Virus record (IMG/VR): IMGVR_UViG_3300045988_153285
Coordinates: 64,001-128,000 of that record
Source: a virus
Direction: 5' to 3' (one strand)
DNA length: 64,000 nt
Every line of letters begins with the position of its first letter. Positions within the stretch are counted from its first letter, which is position 1. The position numbers were made by a program, and so were the translations under genes. The notes under the pieces are model-generated. The model saw only the letters and a program-made list of their open reading frames with translations. It was not told where the DNA came from and searched no databases. This document shows positions 8,739 through 18,302 of this stretch, one piece after another.

Positions 8739-8787
8739 ATATAAATTAATAAAATAGATTGACAAATTTAAATAAGTAATATATAAT
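8739..8787 (+). promoter_or_regulatory. conserved-box promoter (copy 2)
   Basis: ATATAAATTAATAAAAT-aga-TTGACA(8759-8764)-17 bp-TATAAT(8782-8787), 21 bp after the cas3 stop. Confidence 0.75.
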
Positions 8788-9039
8788 AAATAATGTAAGA
8801 TTAAGGCATAAACCTTTAGCATAAGTATTGTCATAAATAATATGAAGGGCGGTGATTATCAAATTTAGGATAAATACATAAAACAAATCAAGATCAAACC
8901 AATTTAAATAAAAAATAAACCTATTCACACATTATTAACGGTTGACCTTAATTGGTCAATCTGAGGATATTGAAAAGTATCTTGAGATTAACTAATTAAG
9001 AAATGACTTATAAATTAAAATTACAAAGGAGTTGGGAAA

Positions 9040-9213
9040 ATGAATGCATATGAATTAATGAAAGAATTCTATGATCTAGATAATGAGATTTTAGAATTGG
9101 TAAACAAGAAAAATAAGAAAGATGTAGCCTGGATGGACAAGGCGATCGATTCAAAATTAAGCAGACAATTAGAAATTAAGCACACTTTAGAAAGAATAAA
9201 TGTAGTGTTATAG
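9040..9213 (+). CDS. hypothetical small protein, 57 aa
   Basis: Below track threshold; RBS aaaggagttggg; frame verified codon by codon. Confidence 0.5.
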   Translation: MNAYELMKEFYDLDNEILELVNKKNKKDVAWMDKAIDSKLSRQLEIKHTLERINVVL

Positions 9214-9223
9214 GAGGGAAATT

Positions 9224-9610
9224 ATGAATCATAAATACATAGAAGAAATTATGGATATAGAAGAATCGCCTTATGGTTGGTCAAAAAATACGGGTAGAGA
9301 TGAAATGTGGGAAGATCAAAGAAGAATATATGGGTTTGATGAAAGAGAAACTTGGAGTTTAGATGCAACATTTATCTATTGGCTATATGAACGATTGAGA
9401 ATGTTTAATGAAGTAAATTGTATAAATACTGATTTTCATACATTCGATATAAACGGTAAGAAACTTACTCAACAAGAATGCATAGATACTATGATAGCTA
9501 AATGCAAAGATTATATAGCATATCGAGGAATAGATGATAATTATACTTACAACTTAAAAAATGAAATTTTAGATATATGGAAAGAATGCATTCATGCTAT
9601 GTGGTGGTAG
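9224..9610 (+). CDS. hypothetical protein, 128 aa
   Basis: ORF with AGGAGGG RBS. Confidence 0.6.
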   Translation: MNHKYIEEIMDIEESPYGWSKNTGRDEMWEDQRRIYGFDERETWSLDATFIYWLYERLRMFNEVNCINTDFHTFDINGKKLTQQECIDTMIAKCKDYIAYRGIDDNYTYNLKNEILDIWKECIHAMWW

Positions 9611-9647
9611 CAAATAAAATGCGGATTTTAAAAGGAGTTGAATAAAA

Positions 9648-9992
9648 ATGGATAGAGAAATAATATTGAAAGCTTTAAGAATTCATGAAGATGGAATAAT
9701 GCAATTTACTCTAGGAGAGGTAACTGTTGACGAAGATGAGACAATTAAATGTAGTGATATTTATAGTTCAGAATGGGAAAATCATAGTGAAGAAATAGCA
9801 GTTTCGATAGAAAGTATATTATGTAGTAATATGCCTTTAAAACCAGATATGTTGGTAGGTATTATAGTAAATGAATGGTTTAACTATGTTGGTAGTGATG
9901 TTGAAGATTTAAACTATTATGGTTTACTAGGTGTAGCTATAGAAATTATAGATTATATAGAAAGATGCCAACACAAGGATGATAATGAATAA
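9648..9992 (+). CDS. hypothetical acidic protein, 114 aa
   Basis: ORF with AAAGGAG RBS. Confidence 0.6.
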   Translation: MDREIILKALRIHEDGIMQFTLGEVTVDEDETIKCSDIYSSEWENHSEEIAVSIESILCSNMPLKPDMLVGIIVNEWFNYVGSDVEDLNYYGLLGVAIEIIDYIERCQHKDDNE

Positions 9993-10024
9993 TTTGAAAT
10001 TATTGCGAAAGAGAGGATTTTAAA

Positions 10025-10219
10025 ATGGTAGTAAGAAATGATAAAGATAAATTAGTTTTTCAAAGTTTAGATTTTGAAATAATGTTAGGTGATATGTTTA
10101 TGAAGTGTAGGAATGTAAGAGAAGCACAGTGGTTAGCATGTCAATTACAGGGTGCAGTTGAAGTTATTTGTGAAGAGAAAATAGATGAAATTGAAAGTGA
10201 CGAAGAATTATGTGATTAA
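10025..10219 (+). CDS. hypothetical acidic protein, 64 aa
   Basis: ORF with GAGAGG RBS. Confidence 0.5.
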   Translation: MVVRNDKDKLVFQSLDFEIMLGDMFMKCRNVREAQWLACQLQGAVEVICEEKIDEIESDEELCD

Positions 10220-10261
10220 TTCGCAATTTAAAAATAGGACTTTGAAATTATTACGAGGTAA

Positions 10262-10363
10262 ATGGATATGGTTATTTTAAAAATTATAATAGGGTTATGG
10301 TTAATTTTTGTAGTAATACCAACATTATTTAAGATACTAGAAGATTACAAACATACAAAATAA
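10262..10363 (+). CDS. small membrane peptide, 33 aa
   Basis: MDMVILKIIIGLWLIFVVIPTLF...; one hydrophobic helix; weak RBS (acgaggtaa). Confidence 0.35.
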   Translation: MDMVILKIIIGLWLIFVVIPTLFKILEDYKHTK

Positions 10364-10420
10364 AGGAGTAGCAAGTAATTCATTAAAAAAATTAACGAAT
10401 AACTGAAAGGAATAATATAA

Positions 10421-10588
10421 ATGATGGTTTATCAAATAATGGAATATAGAAATTGTGACGAACATTATAGTTGGGGAATGTATTCATCTGAAGAGAATGC
10501 AATACTTTACTTAAAACAAATGGGATGGGATAAATGTGAGGATTTTGAGATTGTATCATATGAGTTGGATGAAAAACTAAAAAAGTAA
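10421..10588 (+). CDS. hypothetical small protein, 55 aa
   Basis: Same-strand ORF filling the gap; the track shows only an antisense ORF here (10392-10619). Confidence 0.45.
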   Translation: MMVYQIMEYRNCDEHYSWGMYSSEENAILYLKQMGWDKCEDFEIVSYELDEKLKK

Positions 10589-10756
10589 TTCGCAATTCAA
10601 AAAGTGAAGAAAAATACATAGATAATTATGAAGAGTATTCAAATATTGGCGATGACGGATGTCTAGAGTACGAAAGTAAATTAGGGTATTAATTAAACAA
10701 TAATTAAAAATAAAGTGAATTGATAAAATTACAAATTTATTAAAGTAGGTGATAAT

Positions 10757-10966
10757 ATGAAAAAGAAATTAACAGAAGAAATAGAAAATCTGGAAAGAAA
10801 AATGATGACTGCTGGAACAATATTAGCTGTAATATCATCAATAGGATTGTATGCTTGGGCGTTTGGTGTAAAGATGGTGCATCCAGCAATATATGTTATG
10901 AGTATGATAATGGGTATAGGTTTCTTTTGCACAGCCTGTGTAGATAAAATTAGGAGGTTGAAATAG
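10757..10966 (+). CDS. small membrane protein, 69 aa
   Basis: Two predicted TM helices; AGGTGA RBS. Confidence 0.55.
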   Translation: MKKKLTEEIENLERKMMTAGTILAVISSIGLYAWAFGVKMVHPAIYVMSMIMGIGFFCTACVDKIRRLK

Positions 10967-10967
10967 T

Positions 10968-11405
10968 ATGAAGCAAATAGTTGTAAATGGTGGAGAAACT
11001 CATGGAGGTTTATTAACTCCAAAGTGGGTAGTTGAATATTACAGAAGAAAAGGAATTGAGTTATTTGTTTATATTCCTGAATTAATAGAAGATGATTATA
11101 TATATGAATTGAAAGATCCAAACGAGTTAGATGATAACACTTGTATATATTGTCCGTTATATTTACTTGATAATTTTGGTGATATTATTGAAGAAATTAC
11201 CGATGAAATAGCTCAGAAAGTAGTTAATGAATACGATATGTTTAAAGATAGAGAAGATAAGACATTAATAGATATTGTAAAAGAAATAAATAATGAAAAC
11301 TTAGTTAAAATCATAGAGATACCTGATGACGTTGAATATGACGTTGCAGAATCAGATTGTGGATTTAGGGAATGGGTAGAAGAAAAACATAGAGTGTGGT
11401 ATTAG
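10968..11405 (+). CDS. hypothetical acidic protein, 145 aa
   Basis: ORF with AGGAGG RBS. Confidence 0.6.
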   Translation: MKQIVVNGGETHGGLLTPKWVVEYYRRKGIELFVYIPELIEDDYIYELKDPNELDDNTCIYCPLYLLDNFGDIIEEITDEIAQKVVNEYDMFKDREDKTLIDIVKEINNENLVKIIEIPDDVEYDVAESDCGFREWVEEKHRVWY

Positions 11406-11416
11406 GAGAAATAAAT

Positions 11417-11542
11417 ATGAGTAGATTAGATTTTGAATTAAAGGTTATTGATATATTAGATGATGCATGTAGTAATTTATCAAGTCAAGAATTTGACAAG
11501 CTGTTAGAAAGAATTAAAGAAACTATTGAAGATTATGAATAA
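11417..11542 (+). CDS. hypothetical small protein, 41 aa
   Basis: AGGAGA RBS, compact spacing. Confidence 0.4.
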   Translation: MSRLDFELKVIDILDDACSNLSSQEFDKLLERIKETIEDYE

Positions 11543-11560
11543 GTATATGGAGGCAAGAAT

Positions 11561-11812
11561 ATGAAAAATGATAATAAAGTTATACAAACAAATATAACAA
11601 ACAAGGATATAGTTATTAGAATACCAAAGAAATTTATACTTGAAGACTTTGAAAACAGTGTTGAAGACTATAAAATAAAAGGAAATAAGAAAACAGAATT
11701 TATAAATGAATTCACTAAGTTATTTAGAGAACATATAGAAGATAACGATATTGTAGTTGATATTTATGATGAATTATGTGATACAGATTTAGTTAAAGAA
11801 ATAGAATATTAA
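11561..11812 (+). CDS. hypothetical protein, 83 aa
   Basis: ORF with GGAGG RBS. Confidence 0.55.
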   Translation: MKNDNKVIQTNITNKDIVIRIPKKFILEDFENSVEDYKIKGNKKTEFINEFTKLFREHIEDNDIVVDIYDELCDTDLVKEIEY

Positions 11813-11851
11813 AATTAATAAAAACAATATTTTAAAGAAAGGAATAGTTAT

Positions 11852-11989
11852 ATGTTTTGCTTAGATGACAATAAATATAAAAATGAGTGCGGTAAGTGTT
11901 GTAGTAAATGTATGGATAGACAAACTCATTTATGTAAGAAAAGCTGTTTTTATTTGACTTTTAGATGTGATGAATGTATGCATCAATAA
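11852..11989 (+). CDS. Cys-rich small protein, 45 aa
   Basis: Eleven Cys in 45 aa, including CGKCCSKC and CDEC. Confidence 0.4.
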   Translation: MFCLDDNKYKNECGKCCSKCMDRQTHLCKKSCFYLTFRCDECMHQ

Positions 11990-12011
11990 AATAATAGGAG
12001 GTTAATTAGAT

Positions 12012-12209
12012 ATGAACACAGAATTTTATACAATTATGATTGGTGATAAGTTCTTAAATTCGAATTTATTTAGAAAAGAAAATGAATTGATAACAGAGGC
12101 AGTTAAATTTACATATGAAGAAGATTGTAGAGAATATTTTAATGATCTTAGAAAAGACAAGCCATTTAAAATAGTTAAGGTTAAATGCGAATTAGAGGAA
12201 GTAGAATAG
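12012..12209 (+). CDS. hypothetical protein, 65 aa
   Basis: ORF with AGGAGG RBS. Confidence 0.55.
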   Translation: MNTEFYTIMIGDKFLNSNLFRKENELITEAVKFTYEEDCREYFNDLRKDKPFKIVKVKCELEEVE

Positions 12210-12223
12210 AGGAGGAATATACA

Positions 12224-12385
12224 ATGAAAGCAAAAATAGCATTACATGGTTGTGATGATATTACACGTTTTGAGGTTGAAGTTGATGATAACAAGTTAGA
12301 ATTTATTAAAGAATTGTCTGAAAAGTCTATAGAAGAATCAGAATATGCGTGTATGCCAGTTTTAAAATATGAAATATGTGAATAA
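12224..12385 (+). CDS. hypothetical protein, 53 aa
   Basis: Track ORF 12185-12385; ATG 12224 follows GAGGAGG RBS. Confidence 0.5.
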   Translation: MKAKIALHGCDDITRFEVEVDDNKLEFIKELSEKSIEESEYACMPVLKYEICE

Positions 12386-12431
12386 AATTTACGATTTATA
12401 TAAATTAATATAATAAAAGGAGTGTTTATTT

Positions 12432-12632
12432 ATGAAAAACAAATTAACAATAGCTGTAACAATTTTACTATTAAACATTGCAGTCGGAGGATGGTCAGTA
12501 AATGAAATACTATCCTGGTTCGGCAAGAATATACCATTTGCATTTGATATAATTTTAGGATTAATAACAGGATCTATTTCAATACCAGTAGCAATTGTAG
12601 GATGGATATTAAAAGTTTGTGGAGTATTTTAA
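12432..12632 (+). CDS. small membrane protein, 66 aa
   Basis: Two hydrophobic helices; AAAGGAG RBS. Confidence 0.55.
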   Translation: MKNKLTIAVTILLLNIAVGGWSVNEILSWFGKNIPFAFDIILGLITGSISIPVAIVGWILKVCGVF

Positions 12633-12650
12633 AAAGGAGTTAATACATAT

Positions 12651-12824
12651 ATGAACGTAATAGCATGGACAGTGTTAACGTTAAGCTGGTTAAGTGCAGC
12701 AATATGTTTAACAGGTGTAATTATAGAAGGTAATACTAAAGATAAAGTTAAGAATTTAGTACGAGCTAGTATAAACATAATGACAATGTATTTAATGTTA
12801 TATATGTTAGGATTTATAATTTAA
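12651..12824 (+). CDS. small membrane protein, 57 aa
   Basis: Below track threshold; AAAGGAG RBS; hydrophobic. Confidence 0.45.
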   Translation: MNVIAWTVLTLSWLSAAICLTGVIIEGNTKDKVKNLVRASINIMTMYLMLYMLGFII

Positions 12825-12854
12825 GTAAAAATATAATTTTACAAAAAAAACATA

Positions 12855-12903
12855 ATATAAATTAACAAAATTGGTTGACAAGTTCTTTTATATGATATAT
12901 AAT
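12855..12903 (+). promoter_or_regulatory. conserved-box promoter (copy 3)
   Basis: ATATAAATTAACAAAAT-tgg-TTGACA(12875-12880)-17 bp-TATAAT(12898-12903). Confidence 0.75.
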
Positions 12904-13015
12904 AAATTATGTAAGGAGGACAAGTTAATAAATAATAAAAATTAAAATACAGAGATAAGAATAAAACCTGTGAGAAGATGGTTAAATAAATTGAAATAAA
13001 AAGGAGAAATGAATT

Positions 13016-13945
13016 ATGGAAAGAACAGCAAACAAATTATCAATCGTAGGAGTTTTAGTTAAGAAAGGTTTAGAAATCAGAAATGTAGGAGAAGACAAAG
13101 AATGCATATCTGGAAGTTTAGTTTTAAGAACTGATGATGGTAGTGAACACGAAGTTAATTATTTTGCAAATAAATATAAGAAGGATGAGAATGGAAATTT
13201 CACAAGTGAAATTAGTAAAATGTATACTGGTTATGAAACAATTATTTCAGATTACATATCTTTAGAAATGGATAAAGATAATGCAGATGTTATTAAAACA
13301 GGAAGCACTGAGTTAACAGCAAATGATTTTAAGAATAAAGAAGGAAATTTAATATCAACTAATAAGATTAGAGCAAATTTTGCAAATAGATTGTCAGATC
13401 AAGAAAGAGAAATAACGCCAAAAGCGGCAACATTTGAAGTATCAGGAGTGATAACAAAAATTCAACCTGAAATGATTAAAGATGAAGCAACTGGAAATGG
13501 AATAGTAATGTTAGATGTAATTGGTTATAATGGTACTATAATTCCTGTCAAATTAACAATTCCATCAAACTTAGTAGATGGATTCGGAAAAGCAGGTTTC
13601 TATGAAGGTGGTACAGGGAAGTTTACAGGTAACATTATAAATACAAAAACAATAGAAACAGTTGTAGAAAAACAAGCGTTTGGAGAAGATAAGGTTTATG
13701 AAACAACAAAAACTGTAAAAAGATATGAAGTTAGAGGTGGATCTCCATTAGGTGGATTCGAATCATTAAAAATAACTCAAGAAGAATATTCAGCGGCACA
13801 ATCTAAGAGAAGATTAAAATTAGATGAAATTAAAAATGGTACAAATAATTCAAATACAAACAATGTAAATAATATGAACAATCCTTTTGGACAAGCAGCT
13901 CAACCACAAGTTAATCCATTTAGCAGTAACCCTTTTGCTAGATAG
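13016..13945 (+). CDS. putative ssDNA-binding / recombination-associated protein, 309 aa
   Basis: First gene of the replication operon, next to an AAA ATPase; low-complexity Asn/Pro/Phe C-terminal tail (NPFGQ..NPFSSNPFAR). Function inferred from position only. Confidence 0.25.
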   Translation: MERTANKLSIVGVLVKKGLEIRNVGEDKECISGSLVLRTDDGSEHEVNYFANKYKKDENGNFTSEISKMYTGYETIISDYISLEMDKDNADVIKTGSTELTANDFKNKEGNLISTNKIRANFANRLSDQEREITPKAATFEVSGVITKIQPEMIKDEATGNGIVMLDVIGYNGTIIPVKLTIPSNLVDGFGKAGFYEGGTGKFTGNIINTKTIETVVEKQAFGEDKVYETTKTVKRYEVRGGSPLGGFESLKITQEEYSAAQSKRRLKLDEIKNGTNNSNTNNVNNMNNPFGQAAQPQVNPFSSNPFAR

Positions 13946-13966
13946 CAATACATATAAATTAACAAA

Positions 13967-13993
13967 ATAAGGGTGTTTAATAAACACCCTTAT
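13967..13993 (+). terminator. 12-bp stem hairpin (terminator-like, no clear T-run)
   Basis: ataagggtgttt-aat-aaacacccttat, immediately after a box-only copy ATATAAATTAACAAAAT. Confidence 0.4.
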
Positions 13994-14037
13994 GAAATAT
14001 AAATTAAATTTATTAGATTGAAGGAGAGATTATTAAT

Positions 14038-15027
14038 ATGATGGGATTAAATATTTTTGATATTCAAGAAAACAAGGTAACTACAAATTTAAATCAATAT
14101 GGAATTATATTAATGAGTGAAACTGGTGATGGTAAAACAACAACAATGAATAATATATTAACTCAATTAGCAGATGGAGATAAGAAACCATTATTCATAA
14201 TGTTAGAAGATCGATATCAACATATTCCAGGAATCAAAGCAATAAGAGTTAGAAATATGGGAGAATTAAATACAGTAAAATCACAATTAATGAACCCTAA
14301 AGCTAAAGAGTTATTTAGTTGTATAGTATTTGATACAGTTGATAAATTAGATTCAATGATTGAAAAATATGTTGCTGATTCAAAGGAAGTGCAAATAACT
14401 GGTGATTTAGGGTTTGGAAAAGGTAATAAATACATAAAGAGTACAATTCAATTCATTACAGAGTTAAGAAATAATGGATGGACACCACATTATATAGCAC
14501 AAGCTGTAAAAAATGAAGATATAACAACGAAGAGTGTAACTTATACAGTTAAGGTAAATAAAGAGATTTGGGGGCTTATTTCACATGATGCATATTTAAT
14601 AGGATTTTTAAGTGTAAATGCTAAAGGTGATAGATTAATTAATTTTAAGAAAACTAAAGAATATCCTCAATTAAAAGATTCTATAGGAATGCCAACGAAT
14701 GTTAAACCTCAAGAATTTAAAAAAGTTTTCAAAGAGGGAGTTACTAAAATGGCAGGTGGAATGCTTACAGATGAAGATACAATAAATGTAGTAGTTAATG
14801 ATACTAGAGACTTTGAAGCTATAAAACAAAAGGGAATGGATTTAGGATCAGAACTTGCAGCTAATGGTTATTTAAATGATGCCATGTTTGTATTAAGTCA
14901 AACAATAGGAACTGATGAAAATGGAAATGCTAAAATGTTCGATTCATTAATACCTGCTCAAATAGATTTAGCTGAAGTAGTGGTTCAAAAATTAGAAGAA
15001 TTAAAGAGAACAAAAGGATTAGCTTAA
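14038..15027 (+). CDS. phage AAA/RecA-fold ATPase (Sak4/AAA_24-like)
   Basis: Walker A SETGDGKTT near the N-terminus, Walker B-like IVFDTVD; typical phage replication-recombination neighbourhood. Confidence 0.5.
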   Translation: MMGLNIFDIQENKVTTNLNQYGIILMSETGDGKTTTMNNILTQLADGDKKPLFIMLEDRYQHIPGIKAIRVRNMGELNTVKSQLMNPKAKELFSCIVFDTVDKLDSMIEKYVADSKEVQITGDLGFGKGNKYIKSTIQFITELRNNGWTPHYIAQAVKNEDITTKSVTYTVKVNKEIWGLISHDAYLIGFLSVNAKGDRLINFKKTKEYPQLKDSIGMPTNVKPQEFKKVFKEGVTKMAGGMLTDEDTINVVVNDTRDFEAIKQKGMDLGSELAANGYLNDAMFVLSQTIGTDENGNAKMFDSLIPAQIDLAEVVVQKLEELKRTKGLA

Positions 15028-15030
15028 ACG

Positions 15031-15060
15031 AATAGGGGCGTATATCGTCCCTATTTTTAT
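15031..15060 (+). terminator. rho-independent terminator
   Basis: aataggggcg-tatat-cgtccctatt followed by a T-run. Confidence 0.7.
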
Positions 15061-15080
15061 AAAGAGATGGGTGGTGTAAT

Positions 15081-15566
15081 ATGGCAAGATTAGCAAAATG
15101 TAAATTGTGTGGGATCGAAATTCCCAAAGATGAGAAATTACTAATATCCAATAAAAGATATTGTAGATCTTGTTATGATATAAAGATTAAAGAAAATGAA
15201 GATTATACTAATTTAAAATTAAATATATGTACAATATTTAATATTGATGTTCCAAGTGGGTTAATGTTGAAGCAAATAAAACAATTTAAAGAAGAATTGA
15301 ATTATACATACGCAGGGATTAATTATTGTTTATGGTATTTAACTCAAATTAAAGGAGTTAAATTAGAATTTAAATATGGAATAGCTCTAGTTAAGTTTGA
15401 ATATGAAAATTCAAAAAATTATTACATGCAACAATGCAAAATAAAAGAAAGTGTTAAACCACCACAAAATATAGAAATTAAGAAAATTATAAAGATGAAA
15501 ACAAATAGAGATTATAAAAATAAATTTCTAATTGATATAGATGATATTATAAAGGATGGTGTATGA
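15081..15566 (+). CDS. zinc-ribbon protein, 161 aa
   Basis: N-terminal CKLCG...CRSC; unknown function. Confidence 0.55.
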   Translation: MARLAKCKLCGIEIPKDEKLLISNKRYCRSCYDIKIKENEDYTNLKLNICTIFNIDVPSGLMLKQIKQFKEELNYTYAGINYCLWYLTQIKGVKLEFKYGIALVKFEYENSKNYYMQQCKIKESVKPPQNIEIKKIIKMKTNRDYKNKFLIDIDDIIKDGV

Positions 15567-15567
15567 T

Positions 15568-17202
15568 ATGAAATTTCAAGGATTGACAGATAAAAGAAAT
15601 ATATATTTATTGTTAGGTTGTTATTGTAATAATCCTAAATTCATACTAGATGATAAATACAAAACTTGTCCTTCAGATTATCCAGAAAAGTTCCATAAGA
15701 TAATATTTGGAGCAATATTTAATATTGCTAAGAAATCAAATGTTAACAAAATTACAGCAGTTGAAATTGAAAATGAATTAAGTTCGTTCAAAACATCTTT
15801 TGATATATGGAATATAAATAATGGATTTGATTATATAGAAGGTGCTATACAAGAAACAAAAGACAAAGCATTCAATGTAGATTTATACAGAGATGAGGTT
15901 AGAAAATATAGCATACTGAGAAATGCAGCAGAAGAATTAGGTTTAGACATATCTTTCATTTATGAAGAGTTTGATGAGTTGGATACTACAGATTTAAGAT
16001 TAAAAGAAAAACAATCAAAAATGGAAAAATTCAATAATATGAAAAGTATAGAAGTTTCATCTTTAATAAATAATAAATATTTAAATTTTAAAAACATGTG
16101 GGATGATAAGTTCTCAGATAATTATAGTTTTCATATAGGGGACGGAATTGATGAAAGGTTGGAAGCTCATAAAAATCAAGATGATTCGTGGGGTTATCCG
16201 TTCCAAAGCGGATATATGACTACTGCCTTTAGAGGAATGAGAGGGAAGAAGTTCATGATTAGATCTAGTATATCGGGAGGTGGAAAATCTAGGTCTTCGA
16301 TGGCAGAAGCATGTAATATAGGTTGTGATAGGATTTATGATTGGGGGAGTCGTCAGTGGATTAGTACTGGTGAAAAACAACCATGTTTATTCATATCAAC
16401 AGAATTAACAAAAGAAGAAATTCAAGATTGTATACTGGCTCATATCAGTGGTATTGAGGAGGATAGAATTGGAGAATGGAGAGATATAACTGACGAAGAA
16501 TATGAAATATTAAAGGAATCATCAAGGTTAATGAAAGAATCATGTGTTTATGGTGAACATTTACCAGATTTCACAATAGATTTAATAGCTGATACTATTG
16601 AGGAATATGTATTAAATTATAATATAAGATATGCTTTTTTCGATTATATAAATGATTCACCATCATTATATTCTTATTATATGGAAAAGACTGGTGTTAG
16701 ATTACAAACACATCAAATACTATTCTTATTCTCTCAATCACTAAAAGCTATGGCAAATAAATATGATATTTATTTAGGAAGTGCAACTCAATTGTCATCT
16801 AACTGGAAAGAAGAAAAGGATGCAAATGCACTAAAAGGTTCTAAAGCTATAATAGAAAAGGCTGATTATGGGGTGATATCATTACCAGCAACTCCACAAG
16901 ATCTAAAAAAATTAAAATCTGTATTGGAAAGCGGGTTTTATGAAACTCCTAATTATTGCTATCATATATTCAAAAATAGAGGTGGAAAATGGAATTCAAT
17001 TGTAATCTGGACAAAGTTAAACATGGGTACTATGAGGGAAAAAGATTGCTTTGTTACTAATACTGAATTTGAAATAATATCAGATATTGAAAAGACAATA
17101 TTAGAATTTGAATTAGATTATATTGGAAATGCCACTGAATTTGAAGCTACAGATGCAAATGCTAAAGAATACATAGAAGAATTAAATAAAACTAAGCTGT
17201 AA
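15568..17202 (+). CDS. DnaB-like replicative helicase
   Basis: Walker A SISGGGKS, Walker B-like AFFDYIND, RecA-type C-terminal domain. Track start is 15556; ATG 15568 lies just after the upstream stop. Confidence 0.6.
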   Translation: MKFQGLTDKRNIYLLLGCYCNNPKFILDDKYKTCPSDYPEKFHKIIFGAIFNIAKKSNVNKITAVEIENELSSFKTSFDIWNINNGFDYIEGAIQETKDKAFNVDLYRDEVRKYSILRNAAEELGLDISFIYEEFDELDTTDLRLKEKQSKMEKFNNMKSIEVSSLINNKYLNFKNMWDDKFSDNYSFHIGDGIDERLEAHKNQDDSWGYPFQSGYMTTAFRGMRGKKFMIRSSISGGGKSRSSMAEACNIGCDRIYDWGSRQWISTGEKQPCLFISTELTKEEIQDCILAHISGIEEDRIGEWRDITDEEYEILKESSRLMKESCVYGEHLPDFTIDLIADTIEEYVLNYNIRYAFFDYINDSPSLYSYYMEKTGVRLQTHQILFLFSQSLKAMANKYDIYLGSATQLSSNWKEEKDANALKGSKAIIEKADYGVISLPATPQDLKKLKSVLESGFYETPNYCYHIFKNRGGKWNSIVIWTKLNMGTMREKDCFVTNTEFEIISDIEKTILEFELDYIGNATEFEATDANAKEYIEELNKTKL

Positions 17203-17215
17203 AGTAGGTGTTCAA

Positions 17216-18298
17216 ATGGACGCTAAAGAATTAAAGAATAAATTGAATAGTGAACAAATCAAGATTATACTTGAAAATTTAGGCGGCGTAATTTGGTATG
17301 AAGATGATGATAAATTGATATTAAATACAATATGTCATGGAGGGGATTCACCAAATAAGTTATATTATCTAAAAGAAGAGAAGCACTTTTTTTGTTACAC
17401 TCATTGTGGACAAACTGATATATTTGCAATAGTTTCAGAGGTGAAAGACTTCAATTTACCACAAAGTATAAATTATATTTGTACATTATTAGGAATATCT
17501 CAAATAAAAGAAGGTTTTGGACAAGATTGTGCAGATGTATTAGATGATTGGAGTTTTATAAATTCATATAAACGTAAATATGAAAAAATAAATAAAGTTG
17601 AAAAATCATATGAAGTATTAAATAATAAAATATTAAATATGTTTCAAAATATTTATACTAATGAGTGGATAAATGATGGTATTTCAAAAGAAGTTATGGA
17701 AAAATACAATATAATGTATTCTACATTAAAACAATCAATCGTAATCCCACATTATAGTATTAACGGAGATTTAATTGGTATTAGACAAAGAGCAACAATT
17801 CAAGAAGACATTGATTGTTTTGGAAAATATACTCCTTTTTCAATTTGTGGTGAAATGTACAATCATCCATTATCTACAAACTTGTATGGGTTAAATATAA
17901 ATAAAGATTGCATAAAAAGAACTAAGAAAGTAATGATTGTTGAATCTGAAAAGGGGACTTTACAAGCAGCTACAATGTTTGGAATAGATAATAATTTTAC
18001 AGTGGCTTTATGTGGTTGTTCTAAAATAAGTAAAATTCAAAGAAAATTATTACAAGATTTAGGTGTCATAGAGGTGATAATTGCATTAGATCGTCAATAT
18101 GAAAAAGTTGATAGCGAGGAATATAATAAATGGAGAAAACATATAAGCGAAAAAATAATTAATCCATTATTACCATACTTTAACGTAAGTGTAATATGGG
18201 ATACAGAAGGTTTATTAGGATTTAAAGATAGTCCAACAGATAGAGGGAAAGAAACATTATTAAGATTAATGAAATCAAAAATTAAAATAAGTGGGTGA
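17216..18298 (+). CDS. DNA primase (DnaG-like, zinc finger + TOPRIM)
   Basis: CHGGDSPNK...FFCYTHCG zinc-binding motif; TOPRIM-like VMIVESEKG and IIALDRQ. Confidence 0.65.
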   Translation: MDAKELKNKLNSEQIKIILENLGGVIWYEDDDKLILNTICHGGDSPNKLYYLKEEKHFFCYTHCGQTDIFAIVSEVKDFNLPQSINYICTLLGISQIKEGFGQDCADVLDDWSFINSYKRKYEKINKVEKSYEVLNNKILNMFQNIYTNEWINDGISKEVMEKYNIMYSTLKQSIVIPHYSINGDLIGIRQRATIQEDIDCFGKYTPFSICGEMYNHPLSTNLYGLNINKDCIKRTKKVMIVESEKGTLQAATMFGIDNNFTVALCGCSKISKIQRKLLQDLGVIEVIIALDRQYEKVDSEEYNKWRKHISEKIINPLLPYFNVSVIWDTEGLLGFKDSPTDRGKETLLRLMKSKIKISG

Positions 18299-18302
18299 TA
18301 TT

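Noticed and set aside
8823-8862. Possible solitary CRISPR-like repeat (GTATTgtcATAAatAATATGaagg...) in the leader after cas3
   Set aside because: Only short AT-rich runs match the repeat and the 3' half is unrelated. This is not distinguishable from chance at this base composition.
8746-8928. 60-aa minus-strand ORF downstream of cas3
   Set aside because: It overlaps the P8739 promoter and leader, has no RBS and a low-complexity translation. The region is better explained as a + strand leader or ncRNA.
10392-11121. Minus-strand ORFs 10392-10619 and 10729-11121
   Set aside because: Small + strand ORFs with RBSs (10421-10588, 10757-10966, 10968-11405) occupy the same space and fit the unidirectional operon.
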